60,330 bases of DNA, taken from Vicinamibacterales bacterium. Its GTDB lineage: Bacteria; Acidobacteriota; Vicinamibacteria; Vicinamibacterales; UBA2999. Below are positions 18,530 through 28,194 of the stretch, piece after piece (the first letter of the stretch is position 1; every line of letters starts with the position of its first letter). Under the pieces are notes generated by a model. The model saw only the letters and a program-made list of their open reading frames with translations. It searched no databases and had not been told where the DNA came from. The DNA is taken from assembly GCA_036802945.1 (NCBI GenBank), contig DAIRVG010000018.1, positions 1 through 60,330 of the forward strand. The letters run 5' to 3'. A program made the translations under genes and the position numbers.

Positions 18530-20551
18530 TCACCGCCCAGCCGGAAGGCTCGTCAGCCCCAGCTCCCGGCTGCGCAGCGATTTCACGGTATCGCGGATCG
18601 AGGCGGCGCGCTCGAAGTCGAGGTTCGCGGCGGCGCTCTTCATCTCCACCTCGAGCCGCGCGATCTCCGCATCGATCTCGGCCTGCGTCCGGAAGTGGTC
18701 GTGAGGCTCCCGGATCGCCGGCGCCGTCGAATAGTCGCGCTCGTACACGCTCGACATCACATCCTCGATCGCCCGCACCACCGACTCCGGCGTGATCCCG
18801 TGCTCCTCGTTGTAGGCCGCCTGGAGCGCGCGGCGCCGCTCGGTCTCTGAAATCGCCGACTTCATCGATGCCGTCATCGTTTCGGCGTACATGATGACGC
18901 GCCCGCTGACGTTTCGCGCAGCTCGTCCGGAAGTCTGGATCAGCGAGCCGCTCGAACGGAGAAAGCCCTCCTTGTCGGCGTCGAGAATAGCGACCAGAGA
19001 GACTTCCGGCAGGTCGAGCCCTTCCCGCAGGAGGTTGATACCGACCAGCACGTCGAACGTCCCGCGACGAAGATCACGCAGGATCTCGATGCGCTCGAGC
19101 GTGTCGATGTCCGAATGGAGGTAGCGGACTTTGACGCCCAGTTCCTGGTAATAGGTGGTCAGGTCTTCCGCCATCCGTTTCGTGAGCGTGGTCACCAGCA
19201 CGCGCTCCTTGCGCGCCGCGCGATCGCGAATCTCCTTCAACAGATCGTCCACCTGCCCGCGGACGGGCCGCACTTCGATCGGCGGATCCATGAGGCCGGT
19301 CGGCCGAATCACCTGCTCCACCACGACACCGCCCGCCTTGGAGAGCTCGTACGGGCCAGGCGTCGCGGAGACGAACACCACCTGGTGCACCCGCTCTTCC
19401 CACTCCGCGAAGTTCAGCGGACGGTTATCGAGCGCCGATGGCAGCCGGAAACCGTACGCGACAAGGACCTCCTTGCGCGATCGATCGCCGGCATACATGC
19501 CGCGCGTCTGCGGCACGGTCTGGTGGCTCTCGTCGACGATCACCAACGCATCCTCCGGCAGGTAGTCGAGCAACGTTGGAGGCGGGTCACCCGGCATGCG
19601 CCCGGTCAAGTGGCGCGCGTAGTTCTCGATCCCGTGGCAGTACCCGATTTCTTTGATCATCTCGAGGTCGAACATCGTCCGCTGATGGAGACGCTGCGCC
19701 TCGAGGAGCTTCCCTTCCGATTCGAGCTGCCCGCGAAACCACTCGAGCTCCTGCTTGATCGTCTCTACCGCGACTTTCGTGCGATCGCGCGACGTGACGA
19801 AATGCGACTTGGGATACACGGCAATCTTGTCGAGCCGGCGAATGACCTTGCCGGTGAGCGCATCGAACCATGCGAGCTCGTCGACCTCGTCGCCGAACAA
19901 CCCGATGCGCAGCGCATGTTCTTCGTACGACGGCACGACCTCGACGATGTCGCCCCGCACGCGGAAGGTGCCACGCCCGAACTCCGTGTCGTTGCGCTCG
20001 TACTGGATCTCGACGAGCTTGCGCAGGATCTGATCGCGATCGATCCGCTGGCCGACCTCGAGCGGCAGCAGCATGCCGTAGTAAGCCTCGGGCGATCCGA
20101 GACCGTAGATACACGACACGCTGGCGACGATGATGACGTCGCGGCGCTCGAAGAGCGACCGCGTCGCCGAGAGGCGCATGCGGTCAATCTCGTCGTTGAT
20201 CGTTGCTTCCTTCTCGATGTACGAGTCCGTGGCGGGGACGTACGCCTCCGGCTGGTAGTAGTCGTAGTAGCTGACGAAGTATTCGACGGCGTTAGTCGGA
20301 AAGAAGCGCTTGAATTCCTGGTAGAGCTGCGCCGCGAGCGTCTTGTTGTGCGCCATGACGAGCGTTGGCCGGTTCACCGAGGCAATCACCTGCGCCATCG
20401 TGAACGTCTTGCCGGAGCCGGTGACGCCAAGCAGCACCTGGTGCCGATCGCCGCGGTTCAATCCCTCGATGAGCTCGGGGATCGCCCGCACCTGGTCGCC
20501 GGCCACCTCGAAGTCGCTGACGAGGCTGAAGCGATCGTGAACTGACGGCAT
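18530..20551 (-). CDS. uvrB: Excinuclease ABC subunit B
   Basis: [40 protein letters not shown]-terminal UVR domain. Start trimmed to ATG 20551. Confidence 0.98.
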   Translation of the reverse strand: MPSVHDRFSLVSDFEVAGDQVRAIPELIEGLNRGDRHQVLLGVTGSGKTFTMAQVIASVNRPTLVMAHNKTLAAQLYQEFKRFFPTNAVEYFVSYYDYYQPEAYVPATDSYIEKEATINDEIDRMRLSATRSLFERRDVIIVASVSCIYGLGSPEAYYGMLLPLEVGQRIDRDQILRKLVEIQYERNDTEFGRGTFRVRGDIVEVVPSYEEHALRIGLFGDEVDELAWFDALTGKVIRRLDKIAVYPKSHFVTSRDRTKVAVETIKQELEWFRGQLESEGKLLEAQRLHQRTMFDLEMIKEIGYCHGIENYARHLTGRMPGDPPPTLLDYLPEDALVIVDESHQTVPQTRGMYAGDRSRKEVLVAYGFRLPSALDNRPLNFAEWEERVHQVVFVSATPGPYELSKAGGVVVEQVIRPTGLMDPPIEVRPVRGQVDDLLKEIRDRAARKERVLVTTLTKRMAEDLTTYYQELGVKVRYLHSDIDTLERIEILRDLRRGTFDVLVGINLLREGLDLPEVSLVAILDADKEGFLRSSGSLIQTSGRAARNVSGRVIMYAETMTASMKSAISETERRRALQAAYNEEHGITPESVVRAIEDVMSSVYERDYSTAPAIREPHDHFRTQAEIDAEIARLEVEMKSAAANLDFERAASIRDTVKSLRSRELGLTSLPAGR

Positions 20552-20567
20552 GGCTAGACTGCGCGCT

Positions 20568-20595
20568 CGATCATGGCGTAGCGAAACCATGATCG
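20568..20595. promoter_or_regulatory. Perfect 9-bp inverted repeat overlapping a candidate extended -10 of uvrB
   Basis: CGATCATGG-N10-CCATGATCG; minus-strand TGG-TACGAT at 20592-20600. Confidence 0.45.
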
Positions 20596-20605
20596 TACCA
20601 CGTGA

Positions 20606-20709
20606 CAACTCCCAATTCCCAAGGAGTAACTCCCATCTAGCAATTCCCAACTCCCAAGGGGAGTACACGTCGCATCTTCTTGGGAGTTGGAGGTTGGGAG
20701 TTGGGCGTT
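20606..20709. repeat. Intergenic period-7 CTCCCAA/TTGGGAG inverted-arm repeat
   Basis: Left arm of CAACTCC/CAATTCC units, right arm of TTGGGAG/TTGGAGG units; close sequence match to 32271-32362. Confidence 0.85.
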
Positions 20710-21632
20710 TATTTGGTTTTTGACGGAGGTTCCTGATAGGGAGCGAAGTAGCCGCGCCGACTGAGGACCTTCATGCCCTTGAGATCCGGCCTGGTGACCT
20801 TGATCTCAACCTTGCGCCACGCGCCATCCTGCTTTGTGTTCGTGGACGAATACGCGAGGCTGTATTGCGCGCGGATCTGGGCCACGACTTTTTCGTACGC
20901 GGCATCGATGTCCTTCATGGACGTCGGGAAAAACGCCTGGCCGCCGGTGGCTTCGGCCATCTGGCTGAGGCGCGCGCGTTCCTCGATCCTGCCGCGCGAG
21001 TGCTCGAGGAAGCCTACCGAGTAGACCGTCGCATCCGACGCGCGGATCAGCGTCATCAGGTCGCCAAAGCTAATCGTGCTGCGCGTGTCGCCGCCGTCGG
21101 TGTAGAGCACGAGGATCTTGCGCCCGTCATCTTCGGATGCGCCATCCAGGTACACGCCCATCGCGTCGTACAGCGCCGTGTTGCCGTCGGGCGTGCGCCC
21201 GCGGATCCGTTCCACCATCCGGGCGAAATCCTTCTGGCCGTACTTCGCCACGCGTACCTCGGTGGCGAAGTCGACGAGCGTCATGTCCTTGGCTTCGCTG
21301 AGGGTGTTGAGGAACTTGACGGCGGCGGAGCGCGACAGCTTGATGTCTTCCGTCATGCTGCCGCTGGTATCGAACAGCAGGCCGACGTGCATCTCCGGGC
21401 CGCTCTCCAGATCGGTGCCGCGTGCGAAGTACTTCACCGTCTGCTTCTGGCCGTCTTCGGTGACCTCAAAGTCTTCAGCCGTCAGATCGGCGAGGAACTC
21501 GCCCTTCTTGTCGACGACGGTGACGCCGAAGGTGGTGAGGTCGATGCCCGTGCGGAACGTCGGCGTCTGCGCGGCAAGCGTCGTCATCGTGAACGCCACG
21601 GTCGCCGCCAACGCGAAGATGCCCTTCGTCAT
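20709..21632 (-). CDS. VWA domain protein (acidobacterial VWFA-type), exported
   Basis: Signal peptide, [13 protein letters not shown] motif DTSGS...T...[23 protein letters not shown]. Confidence 0.92.
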   Translation of the reverse strand: MTKGIFALAATVAFTMTTLAAQTPTFRTGIDLTTFGVTVVDKKGEFLADLTAEDFEVTEDGQKQTVKYFARGTDLESGPEMHVGLLFDTSGSMTEDIKLSRSAAVKFLNTLSEAKDMTLVDFATEVRVAKYGQKDFARMVERIRGRTPDGNTALYDAMGVYLDGASEDDGRKILVLYTDGGDTRSTISFGDLMTLIRASDATVYSVGFLEHSRGRIEERARLSQMAEATGGQAFFPTSMKDIDAAYEKVVAQIRAQYSLAYSSTNTKQDGAWRKVEIKVTRPDLKGMKVLSRRGYFAPYQEPPSKTK

Positions 21633-21656
21633 CGAACCCCCCGATCCTACACCGGC

Positions 21657-24137
21657 TCAAAACCCGCGGTACACGATGATTCGCGCCGCCTGTGTGCCTC
21701 GTCCGCCGTCCTGCCGACGCCCCTGAAACCCGTAACCCCACTCGACCGACCACAGCGAGCGAAAGGGACCGGCCGATTCGAGGCCGGCGCCGACGCCAGG
21801 ATAGCCCCGCGGGCGAGGCCCCCAGCCTGGATCGCGAACGAGCGCCATGTCTCCAAACACGTCGATCCGCCATCCGTGCCAGGACCATGCCGTTGCGCTC
21901 CGAAGAAGCGCGCCGTGGTCGTAACGGATTGATGCGGTTGGATAGCCGTGAAGCGTGTTGTCGAAGCTGTCGACCCCGTACCGGCTGAAGCGATCGAGGT
22001 CGTGCCCCGCCATCCATGCCAGCTCGACACGGGAGCTCACCGCCGTGCGTAGCGCGAGGGTGCGGCTGATCGTCGCGCCGTATCGCTGGTAATCGCGGGT
22101 GGCCGCATTGAACGCCCCCGGCAAACCCCACAGTCCCCATGCCTGCCGCCGTGCGGGATTCCACCAGCCGCGAGCGCCCCACGCGCCGCGTTGAGCATCA
22201 ATCGCGACCACCACACCGTGGTTAACGACCGTCGGGGGCAAACGAAACAGACTCGCGGTCGCGGCGGTCCTGCCCAGCGCCGTAATGTTGAGCTCGTAGT
22301 CGAACGTGACGCGGAGGCGTGGCGTAAGTGGTCGCAGCACACCGATTGAGAGCTTCGCCGGCCGCTGCATGAGGTTCTCAGAGTACTGCTCGCGCCCGCC
22401 GCGGAAGACGCGGTCGCTGTATCGAAACGCAATGCCGACCCCGTCGCCGTGCACCTGCCACCTCGTTCCCGCGATCGCCGGCACGCTCCAGGACGCCTGG
22501 CCGTACGCGCCACCGAAGAAGACGTTGAGCTGGCCGCCCTTGTTGAAGAGATTCAGGTTCACGTAATTGATTCCGGCGAATGGCAACGGCGCCGAGAGGT
22601 TCGGATCGATCAGCAGGCCGCCAATCACGCTCCGGATACTGTGGCTGGCGGATGATTCCACCGCGCGGCTGTTGTCAGCCCCGTGCCGTACGAGATAACG
22701 GAGGCCGTCCGGTGTCTCCCGCAACATGACGTTGTCCGACGAAAGTGCGGCCTGTCTTCGCTCCTCGAAGGCGGGGCTATTGACGTCGTAGCGCGCCACG
22801 GTGATCGTGCGGTGGATGGGCGTTCTGAAGCCAGCCCCCTCGTACGCCTGGAACATCCGCGTTTCCATGGGCAGCCAGACAGCATCTCCGCCGACCTCGA
22901 CACGTCCGAACTCGTCCACCTGCTCCGCCGACACGATTGCGCCGCGCAGATCGCCCTGCCTGGTCTCCAGCCGGCGGAGGGTGAAGTCGGCCGCGTTGAT
23001 CCACGCCCGCCCGAGCGCGAGGCCGCGCACAGAGGTTCGGGGCTCATACCTGACGACGTAGCATCGCGATCCGTCAATCGCCTCTTCTCCGTCCAAGGCG
23101 TAACGGTACGCCTCATTCAGCGTGATGACGAGCGGCGGCGTACCAATCCGCTCGGGTTCGATGAGCGGTAGCTCCGGCGGCGATTGCGCGCCGCCGCCGG
23201 CGATAGCGGCGCCGTTGACTCTGATGTTGCGCTGCTCGATGTCAGTTTCGTCCCGGCCGTGGAAGATTGTCGTGTCGGCGGTTATCGTCACCGGCGCGAC
23301 AAATCCGGGGACCTCGAAGAGCAGGCTCGTCGTCCCCGTGGCAATCGCGGTTCGCACGAACGCGTCCTGCCGCCGCTGCTGCGCCTGGTAGCGTGCGACG
23401 ATCTCCTCGACGGTCAACCGACGCGCGCCTCCGACATCCACGAGAGTGGCGCGTCGGGAGACAAACTCCTGCAGGGCGCGCCAATCGATCCGCTCGATCG
23501 GCAGCAGCACTCGCTCGCCGCCGGGCGTCAGCGACACGGCAACCAGATCGTCTGCAGCAGGATCCGTCATGGCTGGCACACGAACCCACGCCCCCTCTCG
23601 TCCGATAACCGCGTCCACATACGGAGCGATCGCATCGAGCGGCACGCCGGCCGCCGCAAAGGCATCTGCGTCAATCACGATTTCCAACCCGGGTCGTGCA
23701 GCGCGGAGTGCGGTGATCATCGTGCGCGCCTCGAAGCTCAGCTCCTCAGCAGGGGCGTCCGACACACTGAGGCCATCCGCCCCGGGGGTGGGCTCGACGA
23801 TGACAAATGAGACGACGCGCAGGATATCGTCGGGGAGGGGATAAACGGAGGAGACCGTGGCGCCGAGAATGGCGCCCGCTCCCTGCAGAGTCCGAACCGC
23901 CTGCCGTGACTCCTCGCTTTCGGTTGAAAGCGTGACCACCACCCGGAGCCCTTCCAGCGACCCTGGCGGCAGCTCACCGGTAAGCCCCAGGCTTGGGCCG
24001 TCAATGCCGATAACCAGGCAGGGGACGCACGACGCGCTCTGGGCTTCGACACGCGCCGCTTGCCCGGACAGCGCAACAAAGCCGGCAGCCGCCAGCAGGC
24101 GTATAATTTTGGGTTGGCGCCAGTGTCCAGGAATCAT
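21657..24137 (-). CDS. Exported 826-aa hypothetical protein, probable outer-membrane beta-barrel C-terminus
   Basis: Signal peptide; C-terminal half with alternating aromatic beta-strands; terminal Phe (IIVYRGF). Confidence 0.75.
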   Translation of the reverse strand: MIPGHWRQPKIIRLLAAAGFVALSGQAARVEAQSASCVPCLVIGIDGPSLGLTGELPPGSLEGLRVVVTLSTESEESRQAVRTLQGAGAILGATVSSVYPLPDDILRVVSFVIVEPTPGADGLSVSDAPAEELSFEARTMITALRAARPGLEIVIDADAFAAAGVPLDAIAPYVDAVIGREGAWVRVPAMTDPAADDLVAVSLTPGGERVLLPIERIDWRALQEFVSRRATLVDVGGARRLTVEEIVARYQAQQRRQDAFVRTAIATGTTSLLFEVPGFVAPVTITADTTIFHGRDETDIEQRNIRVNGAAIAGGGAQSPPELPLIEPERIGTPPLVITLNEAYRYALDGEEAIDGSRCYVVRYEPRTSVRGLALGRAWINAADFTLRRLETRQGDLRGAIVSAEQVDEFGRVEVGGDAVWLPMETRMFQAYEGAGFRTPIHRTITVARYDVNSPAFEERRQAALSSDNVMLRETPDGLRYLVRHGADNSRAVESSASHSIRSVIGGLLIDPNLSAPLPFAGINYVNLNLFNKGGQLNVFFGGAYGQASWSVPAIAGTRWQVHGDGVGIAFRYSDRVFRGGREQYSENLMQRPAKLSIGVLRPLTPRLRVTFDYELNITALGRTAATASLFRLPPTVVNHGVVVAIDAQRGAWGARGWWNPARRQAWGLWGLPGAFNAATRDYQRYGATISRTLALRTAVSSRVELAWMAGHDLDRFSRYGVDSFDNTLHGYPTASIRYDHGALLRSATAWSWHGWRIDVFGDMALVRDPGWGPRPRGYPGVGAGLESAGPFRSLWSVEWGYGFQGRRQDGGRGTQAARIIVYRGF

Positions 24138-24145
24138 CGGATCGA

Positions 24146-25573
24146 ATGAGGTGTCTCGCCGTCTGCCAGACCGAGCTGGTCATCAGGATGCTCGACGAAA
24201 GCCTGATGCCCAGCTTCGAAGTCGAATTTCTCGTTGAGAGCAAACCGGTTGCCCGCCGGCTGCACGACGCGGGGTTGAACGTCATCTCGGCCGACCCGCG
24301 GCGCACCGATACCTATCTCAAGGCCGATATCACCCCCGCCACGTGCGTCATCGTCGAAGACACGGGCAAGCGCGGACTCCGGAAGATCCTCGAAGCCATC
24401 CGCGATGCGGGCGCCACGCTGGTGTACGTGCTGGGCGTTGGCGCCGACGAGCCGCGCAAGCGCGAAGAGGAGCTTCGCACGATCTTTCCCGAGGTGAACT
24501 ACCTCGCGATCTCCGAGCTGTTCGGCGCGCCGCTCCTCATCGAGTTCAGCCGATCGCTGACCCGTCTCAAGGTCCAGCAGTATCAACGGTTCTTCAGCGA
24601 CGCGGATCGTGTCCTGATTCTCCTGCACAATGACCCCGATCCCGATGCGATGGCGAGCGGTCTGGCGCTGCGCAACGTGCTGCGCCGGACCAAGCAGACC
24701 GGGGTGATCGCGGCACTGCAGGGGGCCACCCGGCCCGAAAACCTGCGCATGGCCAACCTGCTCGACATCCAGGTGGAGATCATCACGCCCGAGCAGCTCC
24801 CCAGGTTCGACCGCATTGCCATGGTGGACGTGCAGCCTCACTATTTCGGCGACGCCTTTCATCGCGTCGACCTGGTCATCGACCACCACCCCGAGCAGCC
24901 CGGCTACAGCGCGGTGTTCAAGGACATCAGAGCGAACTACGGATCGACGTCTACCATTCTCACAGAGCACCTGCGCGCCGTCGATGCCAACATCTCGGAA
25001 CGTACCGCGACAGCCATGCTGTACGCGATCAAGTCCGACACGCTGTTTTTCAATCGCCAGGCCAACCGCGTCGACCTCGAGGCCTTCTCGTACCTCTATC
25101 CCCTGGCCGACGCCGCGATGATCCGCAAGATGGAGGGGGCGGAAATCACGATGGACCGGCTTGAGTACGTGCTCAAGGCAAAGCAGAGCGGCCAGATCGT
25201 CGAGCAGGTGTTCTGTTCGTTCATCGGCGCGTCCCCGCGGGAGGACTTCATCCCCTACGTCGCGGACTTCTACCTGCAGCTCGAGGACGTCAAATGGACC
25301 ATCGTCTCGGGCATCGTCAATGACGCGCTTGTGATGTCGGTACGAAACCTCGGGTACTCACGCAATGCCGGCGAGTTCGTGCGGAAGTACTTCGCGGACA
25401 TCGGAAGCGCCGGTGGACATCGCGCAATGGCGAAGGCGGTCGTGCCGCTCCGCGCGTTCCGCGACAAGTTCGGCAACCTGCAGGCGGATCAATTCACGGA
25501 CAAGGTGCTCAGCCTCGCGCTCGAGTTCCTGCACGAGCACCAGCCGCCCGAGAAGAAGCTCGTCAAGGCCTGA
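24146..25573 (+). CDS. DHH/DHHA1-family phosphoesterase with an extra N-terminal domain
   Basis: HNDPDPDA, VIDHH, AIKSDT, SAGGH; about 140-aa N-terminal alpha/beta extension. Confidence 0.9.
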   Translation: MRCLAVCQTELVIRMLDESLMPSFEVEFLVESKPVARRLHDAGLNVISADPRRTDTYLKADITPATCVIVEDTGKRGLRKILEAIRDAGATLVYVLGVGADEPRKREEELRTIFPEVNYLAISELFGAPLLIEFSRSLTRLKVQQYQRFFSDADRVLILLHNDPDPDAMASGLALRNVLRRTKQTGVIAALQGATRPENLRMANLLDIQVEIITPEQLPRFDRIAMVDVQPHYFGDAFHRVDLVIDHHPEQPGYSAVFKDIRANYGSTSTILTEHLRAVDANISERTATAMLYAIKSDTLFFNRQANRVDLEAFSYLYPLADAAMIRKMEGAEITMDRLEYVLKAKQSGQIVEQVFCSFIGASPREDFIPYVADFYLQLEDVKWTIVSGIVNDALVMSVRNLGYSRNAGEFVRKYFADIGSAGGHRAMAKAVVPLRAFRDKFGNLQADQFTDKVLSLALEFLHEHQPPEKKLVKA

Positions 25574-25601
25574 TCGACTTCGGAGAACGATGAGGGTGGC
25601 C

Positions 25602-26924
25602 TTATGTGCCGGGCCGCTTGAAAAGCGACAGGTCTATCGCCTCTCCCATCGCCGTGTAGCCTACGTCTCCGGGATGCAGATGATCGCCCGAATCGAACAT
25701 CGGGAGCAGTTTCGTCGGGGCGGCTGGGTCGCGCGTGACCATGTCGAAGTCGATCACGCCATCGTACATCCCGCTCGTCCTGATCCATCGGTTCACTGCC
25801 TGTCGCTTCGCCTCCCCCTCTTGCGTGAAGTAGGCTGCGCCTTCGAACGGTGTGAGCGTCGCTCCATAGATCTTGAGTCCGCGAGCATGGGCACGCTCGA
25901 TCATCTGCCGGTGCGCGGCGATGAGATCATCGGCACCGGGACTCTGGCTGCGTCCCGCCACGCCGATGTCGTTGATACCTTCCATCACGATCACGTGGGT
26001 CACGCCGGGTTGGGCGAGCACATCCCGCTCGAACCGCGCGAGCGCGTTGATGCCGGCGCCAGGATTGCCTTCGCTGAGCAGACGGTTGCCTGCGATACCA
26101 ACGTTCAGCACAGCGAAATCTCGGTTCCCCTGCGCGGCCAGCCGCCTGGCCAAGTGATCCGGCCACCGGTTGTTCGTATCGACCGTGGATCGCGTGCCGT
26201 CTGTGATGGAGTCACCGAATGCCGTCAGCGCCCCCGCCTCCGGAGCCGCCGCTACCTCGACACGCGAGATGAGGAACCACGAGCGTGTGATTGTGCCGTT
26301 CTGCAAGGTCGCTTCGCCCGTGTGATCACCCGACGGCGAAACGTAGCTCGTCTGATTCGCGCCGTTGTGCATGGTAATCGGCGAGCCTCCGGTTCCGAGG
26401 TCCTCCGCCACGAAGATATCGATTGCGAGGTCGACACGCGCGGGAACACTCAACTGGACCGTGTCGCTCAGGATGATCGCACCGGCTGGAACTTTGAAAC
26501 TTCCGCTGCCATTGACGGTCAGTTTGCGAACCGACGACGGGAGGATCGCGGAGTCTTTGTCGCGCAGCGCGATTGAGGCCGCACCAATGCTCATTGGCGC
26601 CGTGCCGAAGGTATTCGCGAAGACGACCCGCGCTCGGCTTCCCGCAATCGTGCTTCTCACGATCTGACGCAGCGTCTGGTTGTTTGGCGTGACGGGCGGT
26701 GGCGGTGGCGGCGCGGGCTGGACACCCACGCCAGCGGCCGCTGGAATTCCCTGCGTGGCAGGACCAGCGGGCGCCGCAACCGGCGTGACAGTGGACGGTC
26801 GGGCCACGACAGCGGTTGCCCACGTTGCGACCCAGTGGTCAGCGCTCGTCGTCTGTCCGAATGCTGCGGCGGCGACCGACAGGACGAGCGCCGCGATGGC
26901 GATGGCTTTCTTCATCATCCGCAT
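25602..26924 (-). CDS. Exported SGNH/GDSL hydrolase
   Basis: FGDSITDG, GIAGN, EGINDIG, GDHLHP blocks; signal peptide. Confidence 0.93.
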   Translation of the reverse strand: MRMMKKAIAIAALVLSVAAAAFGQTTSADHWVATWATAVVARPSTVTPVAAPAGPATQGIPAAAGVGVQPAPPPPPPVTPNNQTLRQIVRSTIAGSRARVVFANTFGTAPMSIGAASIALRDKDSAILPSSVRKLTVNGSGSFKVPAGAIILSDTVQLSVPARVDLAIDIFVAEDLGTGGSPITMHNGANQTSYVSPSGDHTGEATLQNGTITRSWFLISRVEVAAAPEAGALTAFGDSITDGTRSTVDTNNRWPDHLARRLAAQGNRDFAVLNVGIAGNRLLSEGNPGAGINALARFERDVLAQPGVTHVIVMEGINDIGVAGRSQSPGADDLIAAHRQMIERAHARGLKIYGATLTPFEGAAYFTQEGEAKRQAVNRWIRTSGMYDGVIDFDMVTRDPAAPTKLLPMFDSGDHLHPGDVGYTAMGEAIDLSLFKRPGT

Positions 26925-26970
26925 TGGCCACTCCTTAACCGCGCGGATTGTACTCCTCCTCCTCGATTTG

Positions 26971-28137
26971 CTAGTCCAGGGCCTGCTTCAGATCGGCGAT
27001 CAGATCGTCTGGATCTTCGAGCCCGATCGAGACCCGCATCATGCCTTTCGTGATGCCGGCAGCGGCCAATTGCTCGTCACTGTGTCCCCACTGCGACGTC
27101 AGAAACGGCAGACTGCAGACGCTTTCGGCGCCGCCAAGGCTGACCGCGCGCTTGATAATCCTGAGGCGATCGAAGGTTCGGCACGCGGCGGCCTCCCCTC
27201 CCGCGACGTCGAGACAGATCATCCCCCCGAAGCCGGTCATCTGCGCCTTCGCGATCGCATGGTCGGGGTGTGACGCCAGCCCCGGGTAGTAAACGCGCGC
27301 GACTCGCGGGTGTCCCTCGAGCGCCGTCGCCACGGCCATCCCATTGGAGTTGTGCCGGGCGACGCGCAGCGGCAGCGTCTTGAGCGCTCGCCCGAGCGCA
27401 TACGCGGCCTGCGGATCGAGGATTCCCCCAAGCTTCCGACGCGCGAGATCGACGCGCTCGATCAGCACGTTGCGCCCCGACACCACGCCGGCGGTCACGT
27501 CGCTGTGACCGTTCAGGTATTTTGTCGCGCTCTGCATCGAGAGGTCGACGCCCAGTTCGAGCGGGCGCTGGTTGATAGGGCTCGCGAAAGTGTTGTCGAT
27601 GACGCTGGTCACCCCACGTGCGCGGCAGGCGTTCGCCACCCGTCGCACATCCACGCACCGCAGGTGCGGGTTATTCGGCGACTCGAACCACAAGAGCCGG
27701 GTGCGATCCGTGATCAGGGTGTCCGGGCACGCCAGGTCTTCGACGGTCACCAATCGCGTCACAATCCCGAATCGCGAGAGGACATCGGTGAGCAGATGGA
27801 AAGTCCCCCCGTACACCGCCGCGCTGCATACGACCTCGTCGCCCGCGTCGAGCAGCGCCATCAACAGCGTTGACGAGGCGGCCATCCCGGAGCCAAAGAG
27901 GAGCGCTCGCTCCGCGCCGTCGGCCGCCGCGATCTTCGCCTCGGCCGACATGACCGTCGGATTTTCGTAGCGCGAGTAGAGAAAGTGGCCAGACCCGCCT
28001 TCGTAGTACTTGCGGATGGCGTCCGCGCTCTCGAAAACGAAAGTGGTCGTCTCGAAAATCGGGGTGGTCAGCGATTCGACGTGACTGAACTGCCCTTCAC
28101 CGCTGTGGATCAGCGTCGTTGAGGATCCCTTGTTCAT
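26971..28137 (-). CDS. Cys/Met metabolism PLP enzyme (cystathionine gamma-synthase / methionine gamma-lyase family)
   Basis: YSRYENPT, FGSGMAA, FESPNNP, IDNTFASP, SATKYLNGHSD, SLGGAES. Confidence 0.93.
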   Translation of the reverse strand: MNKGSSTTLIHSGEGQFSHVESLTTPIFETTTFVFESADAIRKYYEGGSGHFLYSRYENPTVMSAEAKIAAADGAERALLFGSGMAASSTLLMALLDAGDEVVCSAAVYGGTFHLLTDVLSRFGIVTRLVTVEDLACPDTLITDRTRLLWFESPNNPHLRCVDVRRVANACRARGVTSVIDNTFASPINQRPLELGVDLSMQSATKYLNGHSDVTAGVVSGRNVLIERVDLARRKLGGILDPQAAYALGRALKTLPLRVARHNSNGMAVATALEGHPRVARVYYPGLASHPDHAIAKAQMTGFGGMICLDVAGGEAAACRTFDRLRIIKRAVSLGGAESVCSLPFLTSQWGHSDEQLAAAGITKGMMRVSIGLEDPDDLIADLKQALD

Positions 28138-28194
28138 ACGCCTGTCCTGCGGACGCGCCCGCGCCCGGTTGCCGCGTCATTGAGCGGACTGCCG

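Noticed and set aside
20552-20668. N-terminal extensions from the ORF track for uvrB (20668), sucC (54962), ybeY (47461), kinase (56727) and the LPKTA gene (2845)
   Set aside because: The extensions translate repeats, promoters or overlapping genes; downstream starts fit family N-termini or RBS positions better.
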